Assembly (NCBI GenBank): GCA_965218785.1
Contig: OZ244650.1
Coordinates: 1-64,000 of the forward strand
DNA: 64,000 nucleotides
Source: Nitrosopumilus sp.
Lineage (GTDB): Archaea; Thermoproteota; Nitrososphaeria; Nitrososphaerales; Nitrosopumilaceae
Direction: 5' to 3'
The notes under the pieces were generated by a model. It did not search any database and had not been told where the DNA came from. It saw only the letters and a list, made by a program, of their open reading frames with translations. Positions 1 to 10,034 of this stretch are shown here, piece by piece; within the stretch, counting starts at the first letter, position 1; each line of letters starts with the position of its first letter. The position numbers and the translations under genes are program-made.

Positions 1-879
1 TTTAACGCAGAGGAGATGACAATCGATGTTGAAAAGACAAAACAAAAGATCCTCGAACTAGAGAAAAACAACCGCCTGCCAAAGATAGCAATGTTTGGCG
101 GTTCGCTGTTTTTGTTTCCACACCCCGTAAAAGAACTGTCTGATTTTCTGAAGAGTTACAACATACATATCAACTATGATGCGGCACACGTTGCAGGGCT
201 GATTGCCGGCGGCAGGTTCCAGGATCCTCTTGAGGAGGGCGCAGATACAATGACTATGAGCACCCACAAGACGTTGTTTGGACCGCAGGGGGGACTGGTT
301 CTAGGTTCTGAAGAACACGAAGAGGTCATCAAGAAAGCAACGTTTCCAGGTCTTACAAGCAGTCATCATATTAACAACATGGCAGGAAAGGCAATTGCCT
401 TTGCCGAGGCCCTGGAGTTTGGAAAAGATTACGCCGATCAGGTTATAAAAAATGCAAAGTCGTTTGCCGAATCATTAAGCGATGCGGGATTCAAGGTGCT
501 AGGAGAGAGTCGGGGATTTACAGAGTCGCACCAGGTTGCAGTCAATGTTTTGGATTATTCTGACGGCGGAGCAGTCGAGGCAGAGCTGGAAAAAGCCAAC
601 ATCATAGTAAATCGGCAGCTTATTCCAGGAGACATCAAGGCGGGACGAAATTACTTCCATCCGGGGGGAATCAGACTGGGTGTTTCTGAAATTACGCGGC
701 TTGGAATGAAGGAAGGCGAGATGCAGGAGATTACAAATTTCATAAAACAGGTGATCATCGAGAAAAAGAATCCAGAAGAACTGCGCTCAAAGGTAAAGGA
801 CTTTAGAAAGAACTATCAAAAGGTCAGGTTCTGTTTTGATGACAAGCTGGGCGCCTACGAATACGTCAAACTAAGGTAG
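1..879 (+). CDS. glyA: Serine hydroxymethyltransferase (5'-truncated by window edge)
   Basis: Motifs DAAHVAGLIAGG, STHKTLFGPQGG (PLP lysine) and GIRLG; frame open from base 1. Confidence 0.95.
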   Translation, partial: FNAEEMTIDVEKTKQKILELEKNNRLPKIAMFGGSLFLFPHPVKELSDFLKSYNIHINYDAAHVAGLIAGGRFQDPLEEGADTMTMSTHKTLFGPQGGLVLGSEEHEEVIKKATFPGLTSSHHINNMAGKAIAFAEALEFGKDYADQVIKNAKSFAESLSDAGFKVLGESRGFTESHQVAVNVLDYSDGGAVEAELEKANIIVNRQLIPGDIKAGRNYFHPGGIRLGVSEITRLGMKEGEMQEITNFIKQVIIEKKNPEELRSKVKDFRKNYQKVRFCFDDKLGAYEYVKLR

Positions 880-3800
880 TCAGTCATAATCGGTAAGTAG
901 TGACTGATCCCCGCGGCTTTTGCCAAATACCAGATCTATTTCATCGGAGAGTACGTGAATTCTATCCCGCTGGTATTCACTGACATCATACTTGTCAACT
1001 AGCCTTTTTGCAAGCTTTAGATATTTTTCAACTGACCCCCGGGTTATTGTGGGGATTAGCCGGTGGCCGCAGGTGCAGTTCCCGATGAGCGGTATCCTCC
1101 GGAATGATTTTCCACATGCGGTGCACCTGAACTTTTGTTTTGCATATGATCTGAGATTTCCCATCATATCTGGAACAAGATGTGTTGAGATGACGTTTGA
1201 AACAAGTTCGGAGGCATCTACCACGTCGATTAGCTCGGCGTTTTTCATCTGCATGTCAAATTTGTCAAGCATGGATCCGAGCGTAGAGTATGCACTGCGT
1301 GATTTTGAGGTGGTCAACGAGGAGGTTGAATGGGTAAAGAAATAATCATAAAACTGTCTTTTTGTCTCAAGGCGTGATTTTATGATTTCTATGGATTTCA
1401 CGTCTGATGCCTTGACTTGTTTGATGGTGGACTCGAAGAACTCCAGCGGGAGTAATTTTGTAACTTCGAGGTTGTGTGCCTGGGGCTGGGATTCATGCGG
1501 CAAAACAAGGGGCTGGATAAGTAACGGGGCATCCATTAGTCCTCCTATCTTATCAGAGAGAAACTGTCTTGAGAAGTTAAGCAGGCTGTCAAGTAACAGC
1601 ATGATAGAGTCGGCATCACCGTCTGCATCCCTTCTTTTTGCAGAATGCCAGTTTGGAGTTCCAAAACAGACGTGTGTCTCGGCATACCCGATGATCCTGC
1701 CGACAATGCCAACTGAGGTATGGGGGGCAAGACCGATTACCAGATGGCCGATCAGCTCCTCGGAATTTCGCACATTGTAAAATGATGATTTTCCATAAAA
1801 CCGGACCAGGAGCGAATCAATGTATTTGCAGGTGGCAACCAGGTATTTTCCACTGTCATAAGGAATTATCACATCCTGCATGCGAAGCTCGACTATCTGT
1901 TCGGGGTCTTCAAGGGGCCGCCCGTCAATATCATGGGAGTATCCCAGGTGTTTTAACTTCTTTATGGATGTTCCAATCCAGGACGGCTTGAACTGGGTCA
2001 GCGGGGAGTTTGTAGCATCAAATCTGACAGTTCCGTCTTTGAATACGGTCAGCCCAAAATTCTGACGGGCAAGCCCCTTTTCGAGGGGTTCGGCAATCCT
2101 GTCCTGGTTGATCAGCTCCTTTACCCCCTTAAACGGCTCCTGTGCCCGGATGCCCATCTTTTCCTGGGCCAGAATCAGTTTTGCCTTTAGTGGGAACTGT
2201 TTATACGAGTGGCCCAGCGCCTTGCGCTTGCATTTTTTGCAGTACCGTTCATCAAGTGTGTCCCTGCAGGCAGAGCACCTGTAGATAACTGCCGTCTTGG
2301 TACCGCAGCTGGGGCAGTTTATACCAATGGACGGCTCGTCGCATTCGCTGCAGATCCGATTGGAGATATTGCTAAAAAAGTTTTCAGTTCTTGATGCCTT
2401 TAAAAGATCCCGGGTTGCGCCTCCCTTGTCACTGATTGGAAACAGCACGTGTGTGGGGGGCTTCATCTGTCTGGGGGCTGCCTTCTCCGGTCTTCCTATT
2501 CGGACTCCAATCGCAGTTGAGAATTTGTTTCTGATTGGAATTCCAGATGCCTTTGAAATTATCTTTGGAACAGATATCTCAGAGACTGTAGGTTTTTCTC
2601 CAAATAATAAATTAAAGAAGATCTTGGCCTCCAGACCCTCCAGTATGACGGCACCATTTTCAAGTTTGTGCGGGGTCCCCAGTCTTTCAAGAATTTTTTT
2701 GAGCCGGACCGGATACTGAATTAATGTTTCACTGACCTTATCTGGAATCAAAAGTTCGCCCAGTTCCTTTGGCGAGATTTTATCCCAGTAATACAGATAT
2801 CGCGGATAAAGTGGAATTTGAAAATCAGTGGAGATTTTCAGCGCCTGATCTATTGTCGGCTCTGCAGTCAGAAACGGTTTTAGATACTGGCCGTCTGCTC
2901 CCAGTTCTTGGATCTTTTGTTTTAGCTCTTCGATCCAGAATTCCTCAACGTATCCGGAAGGAACAAGCTGGGCGTTGTTTTCAAGAAAGTCCCCAAATGA
3001 GATCAGGATGTCCCCCAGATGCAGGATTTTTTCAATCTCGTTTTTTATCTCCAGTCCGTGTTTGACATCCCTGATTTTTACAACGCTGCCGTCTTTCAAA
3101 CGGACCACCGGGGTATCAATCGTGTCCACAAATGCCACGGTGGCCCCCTTTCCTGGTATGTCAATTTTGATCTGTGTTCCCACAGTAACTGTATGATCCA
3201 GAATTTCGGCAATTACGGGATGAATTCCGACTGCTGCAAAGCCGGTATTACACGCCCTGCCATACCGGAGTCTGAATCCGCCCAGTTTGTGGGGCATGGA
3301 CAAGACAGACCTGCCGGTAATTACCTCGCGCATTCTTTTGGCAGCTGCATCCTCCTGGTCATCACCGGTTTGAACGGCACCCTTGAGATCATTGAGCCAC
3401 TCCCAGCCATCAAGATTGTACAGCTCGATTCTCTTGAGAAGTTTTTTGGATCTTCCAATTAATCCGTCATTTAAGACGCGCAGGGCGCCGCCCCGGACCC
3501 TGTCAGTCTTGATGCGGACCATCGACTTGTGATTTACAACCTCATAGGGATCCGTATCGACCCCGTCGAGTTCCACGGGAAGATTGGAGATCACGCGTTC
3601 AATGTCCTCATCTAGTATGTGAAATTGAAAACTGCTGGCCTCCCTTTCATAAATTCTCAGCTCCTCTACAAATCTGCCGGTTTCATCATCAAAGGAGTTG
3701 GCTTGAAATTTTGAGAGTCCTGCCGTCTTTCTTACATGATCTGCAATCAGCATAGTTACTGCGGATTCCGTGCCGCCTGCCGAACGCATGGGTCCTGCAA

Positions 3801-4257
3801 TGGATACTGAAAGGTATTCAGTTCCGTCCTTGTTTTTCTTTATCTTCACCTCGCTGATTCCCTGCAACGGCGCTATGGTCACCCCCTCAGTAACAACTGC
3901 CAGTCCCACGCGGACTGCAAGATCCAGCTTGTCTTCCAGCGGGGCATCAGGCAGCGAATATTTTCCCAGTGCAATCTCCTTTGAGAGTATTAGTGCGGAG
4001 AGCTCTTTTCCATTTGTTTGTAGCAACTCCCTTAGGTGCTCGGCAATATCAATCTCGTGCATCTTGGCAACCCTGTCTGCGAGATCAAATGCAATCTTTG
4101 GCTCGATGTTTCCAGCAGAATCCACCAGGCTTGATTTGGCATCTGCTGCCTTTTCAAAAATCGAGGACGTCTCATTTGAGAGGGCCGAGTAATAGTCAAG
4201 ATAGTATTCCGGCATCTTGATGTCACTAATGCGGGAGATTGCGTCATTATCAGACAA
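880..4257 (-). CDS. polC: DNA polymerase D large subunit DP2
   Basis: Motifs AGPMRSAGGT, GFRLRYGR, HSAKRRDADGDADS and Cys-rich Zn fingers; probable TTG start at 4257 (ORF track extends to 4338). Confidence 0.95.
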   Translation of the reverse strand: MSDNDAISRISDIKMPEYYLDYYSALSNETSSIFEKAADAKSSLVDSAGNIEPKIAFDLADRVAKMHEIDIAEHLRELLQTNGKELSALILSKEIALGKYSLPDAPLEDKLDLAVRVGLAVVTEGVTIAPLQGISEVKIKKNKDGTEYLSVSIAGPMRSAGGTESAVTMLIADHVRKTAGLSKFQANSFDDETGRFVEELRIYEREASSFQFHILDEDIERVISNLPVELDGVDTDPYEVVNHKSMVRIKTDRVRGGALRVLNDGLIGRSKKLLKRIELYNLDGWEWLNDLKGAVQTGDDQEDAAAKRMREVITGRSVLSMPHKLGGFRLRYGRACNTGFAAVGIHPVIAEILDHTVTVGTQIKIDIPGKGATVAFVDTIDTPVVRLKDGSVVKIRDVKHGLEIKNEIEKILHLGDILISFGDFLENNAQLVPSGYVEEFWIEELKQKIQELGADGQYLKPFLTAEPTIDQALKISTDFQIPLYPRYLYYWDKISPKELGELLIPDKVSETLIQYPVRLKKILERLGTPHKLENGAVILEGLEAKIFFNLLFGEKPTVSEISVPKIISKASGIPIRNKFSTAIGVRIGRPEKAAPRQMKPPTHVLFPISDKGGATRDLLKASRTENFFSNISNRICSECDEPSIGINCPSCGTKTAVIYRCSACRDTLDERYCKKCKRKALGHSYKQFPLKAKLILAQEKMGIRAQEPFKGVKELINQDRIAEPLEKGLARQNFGLTVFKDGTVRFDATNSPLTQFKPSWIGTSIKKLKHLGYSHDIDGRPLEDPEQIVELRMQDVIIPYDSGKYLVATCKYIDSLLVRFYGKSSFYNVRNSEELIGHLVIGLAPHTSVGIVGRIIGYAETHVCFGTPNWHSAKRRDADGDADSIMLLLDSLLNFSRQFLSDKIGGLMDAPLLIQPLVLPHESQPQAHNLEVTKLLPLEFFESTIKQVKASDVKSIEIIKSRLETKRQFYDYFFTHSTSSLTTSKSRSAYSTLGSMLDKFDMQMKNAELIDVVDASELVSNVISTHLVPDMMGNLRSYAKQKFRCTACGKSFRRIPLIGNCTCGHRLIPTITRGSVEKYLKLAKRLVDKYDVSEYQRDRIHVLSDEIDLVFGKSRGDQSLLTDYD

Positions 4258-4261
4258 GTCA

Positions 4262-5014
4262 CTACCTGCTTTTTTGGATTGCCTTTGCCATCTCTTGGAG
4301 TTTTTTGATGCTTCCGCCTTTTTCAAGAAACGTTCCAATTACCAGGGCATCAGCTCCCGCTCGGGCCAGACTCTGGGCAGTCTTTACATCCCTGATACCG
4401 CCTCCCACAATTAGAAATCCATTAAATGTGCACCTGACAGTCTTGACCATCTCCGGTGTGACACTGGTTTTGGCACCAGAGCCTGCCTCCAGATATACAA
4501 ATCTCATGCCAAGAAACTGCGCTGCCAGTGCATACGCTGCGGCAATCTTTGGTTTTTCAAACGGGATACCCCTTGCAGAGCCGACAAACCAGGCAGATGT
4601 GCCATCCCCTATCACCAGATACGCGGTAGGCAGCGGTTCTAACCCGAATTTGAGCACGCTTGGGGCGCCCAGAGCTTGGGCCTGGGAGATAAAGTATGGA
4701 TTCTCCGAATTCATCAGCGAGCTAAACAGGATTGCATCAGCATCTGGAACAACGCCTGTAACGTTGCCGGGAAACAAAATTACTGGAATCTTGATATTTT
4801 TTTTGATTCCCTTTACCACCTGGGCCATCTCGATTTGATCAGTAGCAGAAGAGCCTCCAATCAGGATTGCAGAGGCGCCTATCTTCTCAACATCCTTGGC
4901 AAGCCTGCCTGATGCCTTTAGATTCGATACCTCAGAATCGATCAATACAAACAATAAAACATTTTTCTTTTTTAATTCAGATTTTAGGAATGATTCAACC
5001 TTGTTTCCAGTCAT
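4262..5014 (-). CDS. Geranylgeranylglyceryl phosphate synthase (PcrB/GGGPS family)
   Basis: Motifs ILIGGS, PVILFPG, YLEAGSGA and IVGGGIR. Confidence 0.92.
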   Translation of the reverse strand: MTGNKVESFLKSELKKKNVLLFVLIDSEVSNLKASGRLAKDVEKIGASAILIGGSSATDQIEMAQVVKGIKKNIKIPVILFPGNVTGVVPDADAILFSSLMNSENPYFISQAQALGAPSVLKFGLEPLPTAYLVIGDGTSAWFVGSARGIPFEKPKIAAAYALAAQFLGMRFVYLEAGSGAKTSVTPEMVKTVRCTFNGFLIVGGGIRDVKTAQSLARAGADALVIGTFLEKGGSIKKLQEMAKAIQKSR

Positions 5015-5078
5015 AATTTGGGTTTGTAGATAGCTCTTTAAAGTTTAATTGTAGTGCTGTATACAGATTTGTATAGCT

Positions 5079-5441
5079 ATGGAGGGGTCTGACAAATCTA
5101 ATTTTAACAATATTATACGACAAATCATCAAAAAATCACTATTTACAGAACGGCAAATTGAAATTATTTTAAATCAGAAGGATCTTCTTGAAACTGAATT
5201 TTCCATAACAAAGGGTGCGTATTACAGGCAGGTTGGGCAGTCTAGGGAGAAATTAATCGGATTATTCCATTCAATCATACTTTTACGCGGTTTAGGCATA
5301 CTTTTGCCTGATGATATTGATGTGATATCCAAACTATCCGAACAGATTAGTGTGATTAATCAGAGTGAGATATTCCCAGAAAGGGAGGAAGATGTCATCA
5401 GTGTGATAGACAGGCTCGTTCGTCAGGCTTGTAACATGTGA
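5079..5441 (+). CDS. Conserved hypothetical protein, possibly HTH (TFX-like) DNA-binding
   Basis: 120-aa ORF with SLFTERQIEII...ITKGAYYRQ; TATA-like CTTTAAAG near 5036. Confidence 0.65.
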   Translation: MEGSDKSNFNNIIRQIIKKSLFTERQIEIILNQKDLLETEFSITKGAYYRQVGQSREKLIGLFHSIILLRGLGILLPDDIDVISKLSEQISVINQSEIFPEREEDVISVIDRLVRQACNM

Positions 5442-5561
5442 TACTGTGATGATGTAAGCCGAATCGTGTTGCAGTGTTTGTGATAGATGTGTGAGTATGT
5501 TCATCTAAAGTGTGAAATAATGTTGTTCAATCACGATAAATCACAACATATGTGTTAATTT

Positions 5562-6173
5562 GTGATGTTAGTAGAGATACCTGATACTGAAGTGATTTTA
5601 TCTGTGATTTTGGCGTTTGTAGTTGGTCTGGGTGCGTTGTATGTCTTCTACAAGGTACTTCCGCTTGTCAAACCTAAAAGCGAACTGCCAGATATAACAC
5701 AGAGTGAGCGTCTAGAGTATTATGAAAGACAGTTAATTGACATAAAAATACGCATGGATGCCATGGAAATACAGGGAATTGAGGAGAAATCAGATAATGA
5801 TCCCAATCTGGAGTTAAAACAGTTTTTGCAAAAGCTGGTAAAAAACGAGGCAGTAGAGCCACAGCCAGAGAAGGCAGTTGAACAGCCTAGAACCACGCCT
5901 GAAAAAATAGATCCTGTACCGGATGCCCCCCGCATGGAGCATGTCAACCCAACAATTCACGTGTTGCAGCTAATCACAGACAAAACCATGACGTCACGTG
6001 ACATACAAGTGACGTTGAATAGAAGCAGGGAACATACATCACGTTTGATGAAAAAGCTGTTTGAGGATGGTCTTGTTGAAAGAAACATAGAGACAAAACC
6101 ATACACATATTCAATTACTGAAAAAGGAAGAACAAAGATTGACGAGTTGCAACCAAGCCCCATAACCGTCTGA
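5562..6173 (+). CDS. Membrane-anchored winged-helix (MarR/ArsR-like) protein
   Basis: N-terminal hydrophobic helix, coiled segment, Pro/Glu linker, then C-terminal wHTH (SRDIQVTLNRSREHTSRLMKKLFEDGLVER...YSITEKG). Confidence 0.8.
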   Translation: MMLVEIPDTEVILSVILAFVVGLGALYVFYKVLPLVKPKSELPDITQSERLEYYERQLIDIKIRMDAMEIQGIEEKSDNDPNLELKQFLQKLVKNEAVEPQPEKAVEQPRTTPEKIDPVPDAPRMEHVNPTIHVLQLITDKTMTSRDIQVTLNRSREHTSRLMKKLFEDGLVERNIETKPYTYSITEKGRTKIDELQPSPITV

Positions 6174-6286
6174 GATCTTCAAGTTTGTTTTGATGTGAAT
6201 TAATCCTGGATAAATCAACTTAATATTATTAATCATTAAATAAAGAATTTATTAAATTATATATAGTATAAAATTATAATGGTGGT

Positions 6287-6448
6287 ATGTCCGTACAAGA
6301 GAACGAGGTACTAGTCAAGATCACTTCGGCAGGAACAATCTCCATTCCCAAGCAGTTTAGAAAGTTCATGGATGTCCAAAAGGGGGAGTATGTCAAGCTG
6401 ATTCTTGGTGAAGATGGGCTACTTGTAAGAAAAGTCACCATCTCTTGA
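6287..6448 (+). CDS. AbrB/MazE/SpoVT-family DNA-binding protein (53 aa, not in ORF track)
   Basis: Hand translation MSVQENEVLVKITSAGTISIPKQFRKFMDVQKGEYVKLILGEDGLLVRKVTIS fits the AbrB pattern; AT-rich TATA region upstream. Confidence 0.85.
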   Translation: MSVQENEVLVKITSAGTISIPKQFRKFMDVQKGEYVKLILGEDGLLVRKVTIS

Positions 6449-6451
6449 TAA

Positions 6452-6838
6452 TTATCTCTGTTTTTGACTTAATTTCAGGGTGTGATATGTCCATTCCCGG
6501 CCCGTTCTGGTCCTATCCACCCTCCCTTTTGATGAAAATCTGGACAGATAAGTGGATACCACGCTAAGTTTTACAGGCTCGTTGAACTCGTCTTCGAATT
6601 TTTCAAGAATGTTAGTAGAGGTAAAGTTGCCCATGGGGAAGAATTTATCCACAATATGCCAGATTTTTGTTCCTACAGAGTCCAGGCTTGTCGGTTCTGG
6701 CTGCTCCTCAATATTCATCAAGTCCATCATTTCAAATATTTTTAGAACCTTTTCACGGGTTACGTTACCCTCCAGTTTGATGTCATACCGCGCACCATCC
6801 TGATCCTGCATGTCTATTCGAATACGTTTCTGGGTCAT
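6452..6838 (-). CDS. Conserved hypothetical protein with C-terminal winged-helix-like domain
   Basis: FTSTNILEKFEDEF...LSVVSTYLSRFSSKGRVDR...WTY; likely start MTQKRIRID. Confidence 0.7.
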   Translation of the reverse strand: MTQKRIRIDMQDQDGARYDIKLEGNVTREKVLKIFEMMDLMNIEEQPEPTSLDSVGTKIWHIVDKFFPMGNFTSTNILEKFEDEFNEPVKLSVVSTYLSRFSSKGRVDRTRTGREWTYHTLKLSQKQR

Positions 6839-6859
6839 CTTGGGATCTAGTTGATCTAA

Positions 6860-7324
6860 TGTTAACAATTCAATGGATCCAAGAATGTTTGTTAACTAAC
6901 TGCTTTGTTAAGATTGACTGCCTAGCCCACGCCTAGCCTGATTTCTGTTATTAACAACATTCCTCCTAATTACTGATATTATAAGGGATTTTCACGCCTA
7001 GAGTGGAAATAAGGGGGTCAATTCTGCCATATTCACAGTGTTAACACGCATCTTCACGACTGGAAAGGAAATAAGGGGGTCAAAATGGGTTATTTGGGAA
7101 ATTTCTTAACAGGAGTTTAACAGAGTGTTAACAGTGAATCAGGCATAAAGTAAAACCCACACACCAATACTTCCACTCTATACTTTTTTAAAATTTATTT
7201 TTTAAAGAAAACATAAAAACTAACTAAAAATAATTAATTACAAACTGAATTAGAGTTATTATTGTATTCTATACCCTCATAATCTAATCATGGTTATGAT
7301 ACAGTTGATGGGAAACAAAGGTGT
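6860..7324. promoter_or_regulatory. Probable chromosomal replication origin (oriC) with ORB-like boxes and AT-rich unwinding element
   Basis: Intergenic region upstream of cdc6; GGAAATAAGGGGGTCAA at 7005-7021 and 7067-7083 (ORB-like with G-string); TAGAGTGGAA at 6999-7008 inverted at 7171-7180; very AT-rich ~7180-7270. Confidence 0.8.
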
Positions 7325-7330
7325 GTGCGT

Positions 7331-8536
7331 GTGTCAGATCCGGTAGATAGATTGCTTGATGCATCTGAAGCTGGAAAATCCATAATAAAAAACAGGGCGA
7401 TACTTCATTTTACACACACACCAACTGTCATACTACACAGGAACACCGAACAGGAGCAGGTCACCCAGTCATTACTACCGATTCTAAAACAATCCAGACC
7501 CTCCAATCTTCTGGTGTATGGAAAACCGGGAACCGGAAAGACACTAGTTGTCAAAAAGGTGCTCTCAAAAATCCAGGAGAGAGTTGAAAAATCAAAGTTT
7601 CCAATCAAGATAGTATATTCAAATTCCAAGGAGGAGACGACACTATACGGGCTGTTAGTCAGCCTGGGCAGGCAGCTGGATCTAACTGAGAAGGAACTTC
7701 CAATAACCGGTCTGGCAATAAGCGAGGTCTTCAAACGGCTTCTTGCCAAGATTGATGAGGGTAAAGGACTTAACGCAGTTTTTGTAATTGATGAGATTGA
7801 TTATCTTGCCCAGCTAGTGGTGAAGACAGGCAAGGATATTTTATACCAACTGACCCGGGCAAATGAGAGATTAAAGGGGGGCTCCCTTACCCTGGTGGGA
7901 ATTTCAAACGATCTCACATTCAAGGAAAAACTCGATCCCAGGGTGATTAGCAGTCTGGATGAGCAGGAGATTGTCTTTACAAATTATAACAAGGAACAGA
8001 TTCAAAGCATTCTCGAGGAGAGAATCAACGATGCCTTTATAGAAAATTCAGTCGACGAATCCGCCCTTTCCCTGTGCGCCGCACTTGCAGCACAGGAGCA
8101 CGGCGATGCCCGCAGGGCAATTGACTTGATTCGCGTGGCAGGAGAGATTGCCGAACGAGAACAGGCAGAAACAGTCACCGACAAGCACGTCAGATCGGCC
8201 AGCCTGAAGATCGAGGAGAACAAGGAGGAGGCATCCCTCCAGTCGTTTCCACTGCATGAAAAACTGGTGGTTCTTGCAATCATGAAAACAAGTACCCCCT
8301 CCACGGGGGAGATTTACTCGTCATACAAAAGACTCTGCAAGGCAGTGGGTCGAGACGAGCTGACCCAGCGACGAATTACGCAGATACTTGGTGATATCGA
8401 GCTGTCCGGAATTATCTCCGGAAGACTGATCCATCAGGGAATTCATGGAAGGACAAAAAAATACAAGCTATCCATCACATCTGAGACGGTTAAAAAATCA
8501 TTTAGAAACGATTCAGCTCTGCAGGATATTCTCTGA
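7331..8536 (+). CDS. cdc6: Orc1/Cdc6 replication initiator
   Basis: Walker A GKPGTGKT, Walker B VIDEID, HGDARRAIDL and C-terminal winged helix. Confidence 0.95.
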   Translation: MSDPVDRLLDASEAGKSIIKNRAILHFTHTPTVILHRNTEQEQVTQSLLPILKQSRPSNLLVYGKPGTGKTLVVKKVLSKIQERVEKSKFPIKIVYSNSKEETTLYGLLVSLGRQLDLTEKELPITGLAISEVFKRLLAKIDEGKGLNAVFVIDEIDYLAQLVVKTGKDILYQLTRANERLKGGSLTLVGISNDLTFKEKLDPRVISSLDEQEIVFTNYNKEQIQSILEERINDAFIENSVDESALSLCAALAAQEHGDARRAIDLIRVAGEIAEREQAETVTDKHVRSASLKIEENKEEASLQSFPLHEKLVVLAIMKTSTPSTGEIYSSYKRLCKAVGRDELTQRRITQILGDIELSGIISGRLIHQGIHGRTKKYKLSITSETVKKSFRNDSALQDIL

Positions 8537-9958
8537 GCTTGAATTATAATTCTGATGAAAGACCTTGAAGGTCTTCAAATTAACCATGATTGCGATTCCC
8601 GGATTCGGGGTCATTCCCACGCTGGCCTGAAAGGGTGTCTGTTTCTGCCACGAGCCGGAATTGACCAGCAGGATTCCCTTGTAGATATCCAGCTCCGCCC
8701 TGTGTACGTGACCCACATGCAGGATGTCTGGAACATCCTCGATTACCAAAAGATCCTGCATCTCAGGCGCTATCGGGGTGTTGCTGCCATAAATCGGGCT
8801 TAGGTGTCTTGCCCGAAGCAGGTGCTTCATCACGCTTGTCGGCTTGTCATAACTCAGGCCCGGCGTGGTTTTTACAATATCATCAATGCTCTGCCCGTGG
8901 AACATCATTACCTTTACACCATTTAATGAGACTACGGCCGGATTTCCAACCATCACCACGTTTTCCATCTCCCACAAACCGGGGTTGTATTTTTCTGGTA
9001 TGGCCGGCTGTGGCAACGCCCTTCTTCCTGGATCGTGGTTTCCGGGAATTATTACGACTTTGATATTTTTTGGAATCCTGTCAATTAGATCTTCGGCTTT
9101 TTTCAACTGCTCCCTGACGGTCTGGCAGACTAGTTCCTTATCCTGGTTTTTGTATATCCCGACTCCGTCTACCACGTCCCCCCCGATTAGCACAAAACGA
9201 ATCTGCCTTGCAACCGGATCCGGGCTTGACAGCCAGGAAACAAACTCCGAGAACTCCTCTTCCATAAAGTACTTGCTGCCAACATGCAGATCCGAGAGAA
9301 ACACCGCAAATGTTTCTGATTCTGATTTGTTGGTGGCCTGATCTGGAATATCCGGCAAAATGAGATCCTTGATAATAAACCCCGTGCTCTTTCCCTGGAC
9401 TATTCTGGCCATGACAAACTGGTCAATCAGAAGGGTGCCTGCAGTCTTTTGCAGATCGGCATCAAAAATAACGCCCTCCAACATGCCTGTAGGATCCTCT
9501 AATACCACCTTTGTCACATTTCTCTCGGTGCTTCTTTCAGTCACAAGACCGCATACATACACCACCTCTTCTGACTTTGTAGTTTTTACAGATGCGATGG
9601 TTTTGAGCGCCTTTGATTCTGGCCTCTCTGAGATGATATGTTTGAGTTTGTTGTATCTGCTTGAGAATAACGCGTTGTATCCTGCAACCCCCTCACCTGT
9701 TGTTATGTTGCCTGTGGGGTCAAATAACACCTTGAACTCGCTTTGCAGTGTCGGGTCCACCTTGATGCCAAGGTATGTCTCTAGGTCGTCCTGATTAATC
9801 TGAAATAATTTCTGTTTTGTCTTTTCCCTGACTATCTCCCGGAGGACCCTGTCCAGCTTTTTAACATCCACGTTTTCCAGGATTTTAAATGCGTCCGGAT
9901 GAATCTGGAATCCCTTGTTTAATGCATAGTTTAATGCCAGGGACAGCTCCTTTTTCAT
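8513..9958 (-). CDS. polB: DNA polymerase D small subunit DP1 (proofreading exonuclease)
   Basis: OB fold plus metallophosphoesterase motifs SDLHVGS, GDVVDG, PGNHD and GHVH. Confidence 0.93.
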   Translation of the reverse strand: MKKELSLALNYALNKGFQIHPDAFKILENVDVKKLDRVLREIVREKTKQKLFQINQDDLETYLGIKVDPTLQSEFKVLFDPTGNITTGEGVAGYNALFSSRYNKLKHIISERPESKALKTIASVKTTKSEEVVYVCGLVTERSTERNVTKVVLEDPTGMLEGVIFDADLQKTAGTLLIDQFVMARIVQGKSTGFIIKDLILPDIPDQATNKSESETFAVFLSDLHVGSKYFMEEEFSEFVSWLSSPDPVARQIRFVLIGGDVVDGVGIYKNQDKELVCQTVREQLKKAEDLIDRIPKNIKVVIIPGNHDPGRRALPQPAIPEKYNPGLWEMENVVMVGNPAVVSLNGVKVMMFHGQSIDDIVKTTPGLSYDKPTSVMKHLLRARHLSPIYGSNTPIAPEMQDLLVIEDVPDILHVGHVHRAELDIYKGILLVNSGSWQKQTPFQASVGMTPNPGIAIMVNLKTFKVFHQNYNSSSENILQS

Positions 9959-10034
9959 ATCGGAATATACCACACCGTTTAATTAAATCTGCCCTAACAC
10001 TCAACCCTCAAATATATCCAAAAACAGGGGCAGT

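Noticed and set aside
880-4257. Intein in PolD DP2 (also checked Cdc6 and Cdc48)
   Set aside because: Lengths are normal, with no insertion or intein splice-junction motifs seen.
6287-6448. MazE/VapB toxin-antitoxin pair
   Set aside because: No PIN or MazF toxin is adjacent; treated as a stand-alone AbrB-type regulator.
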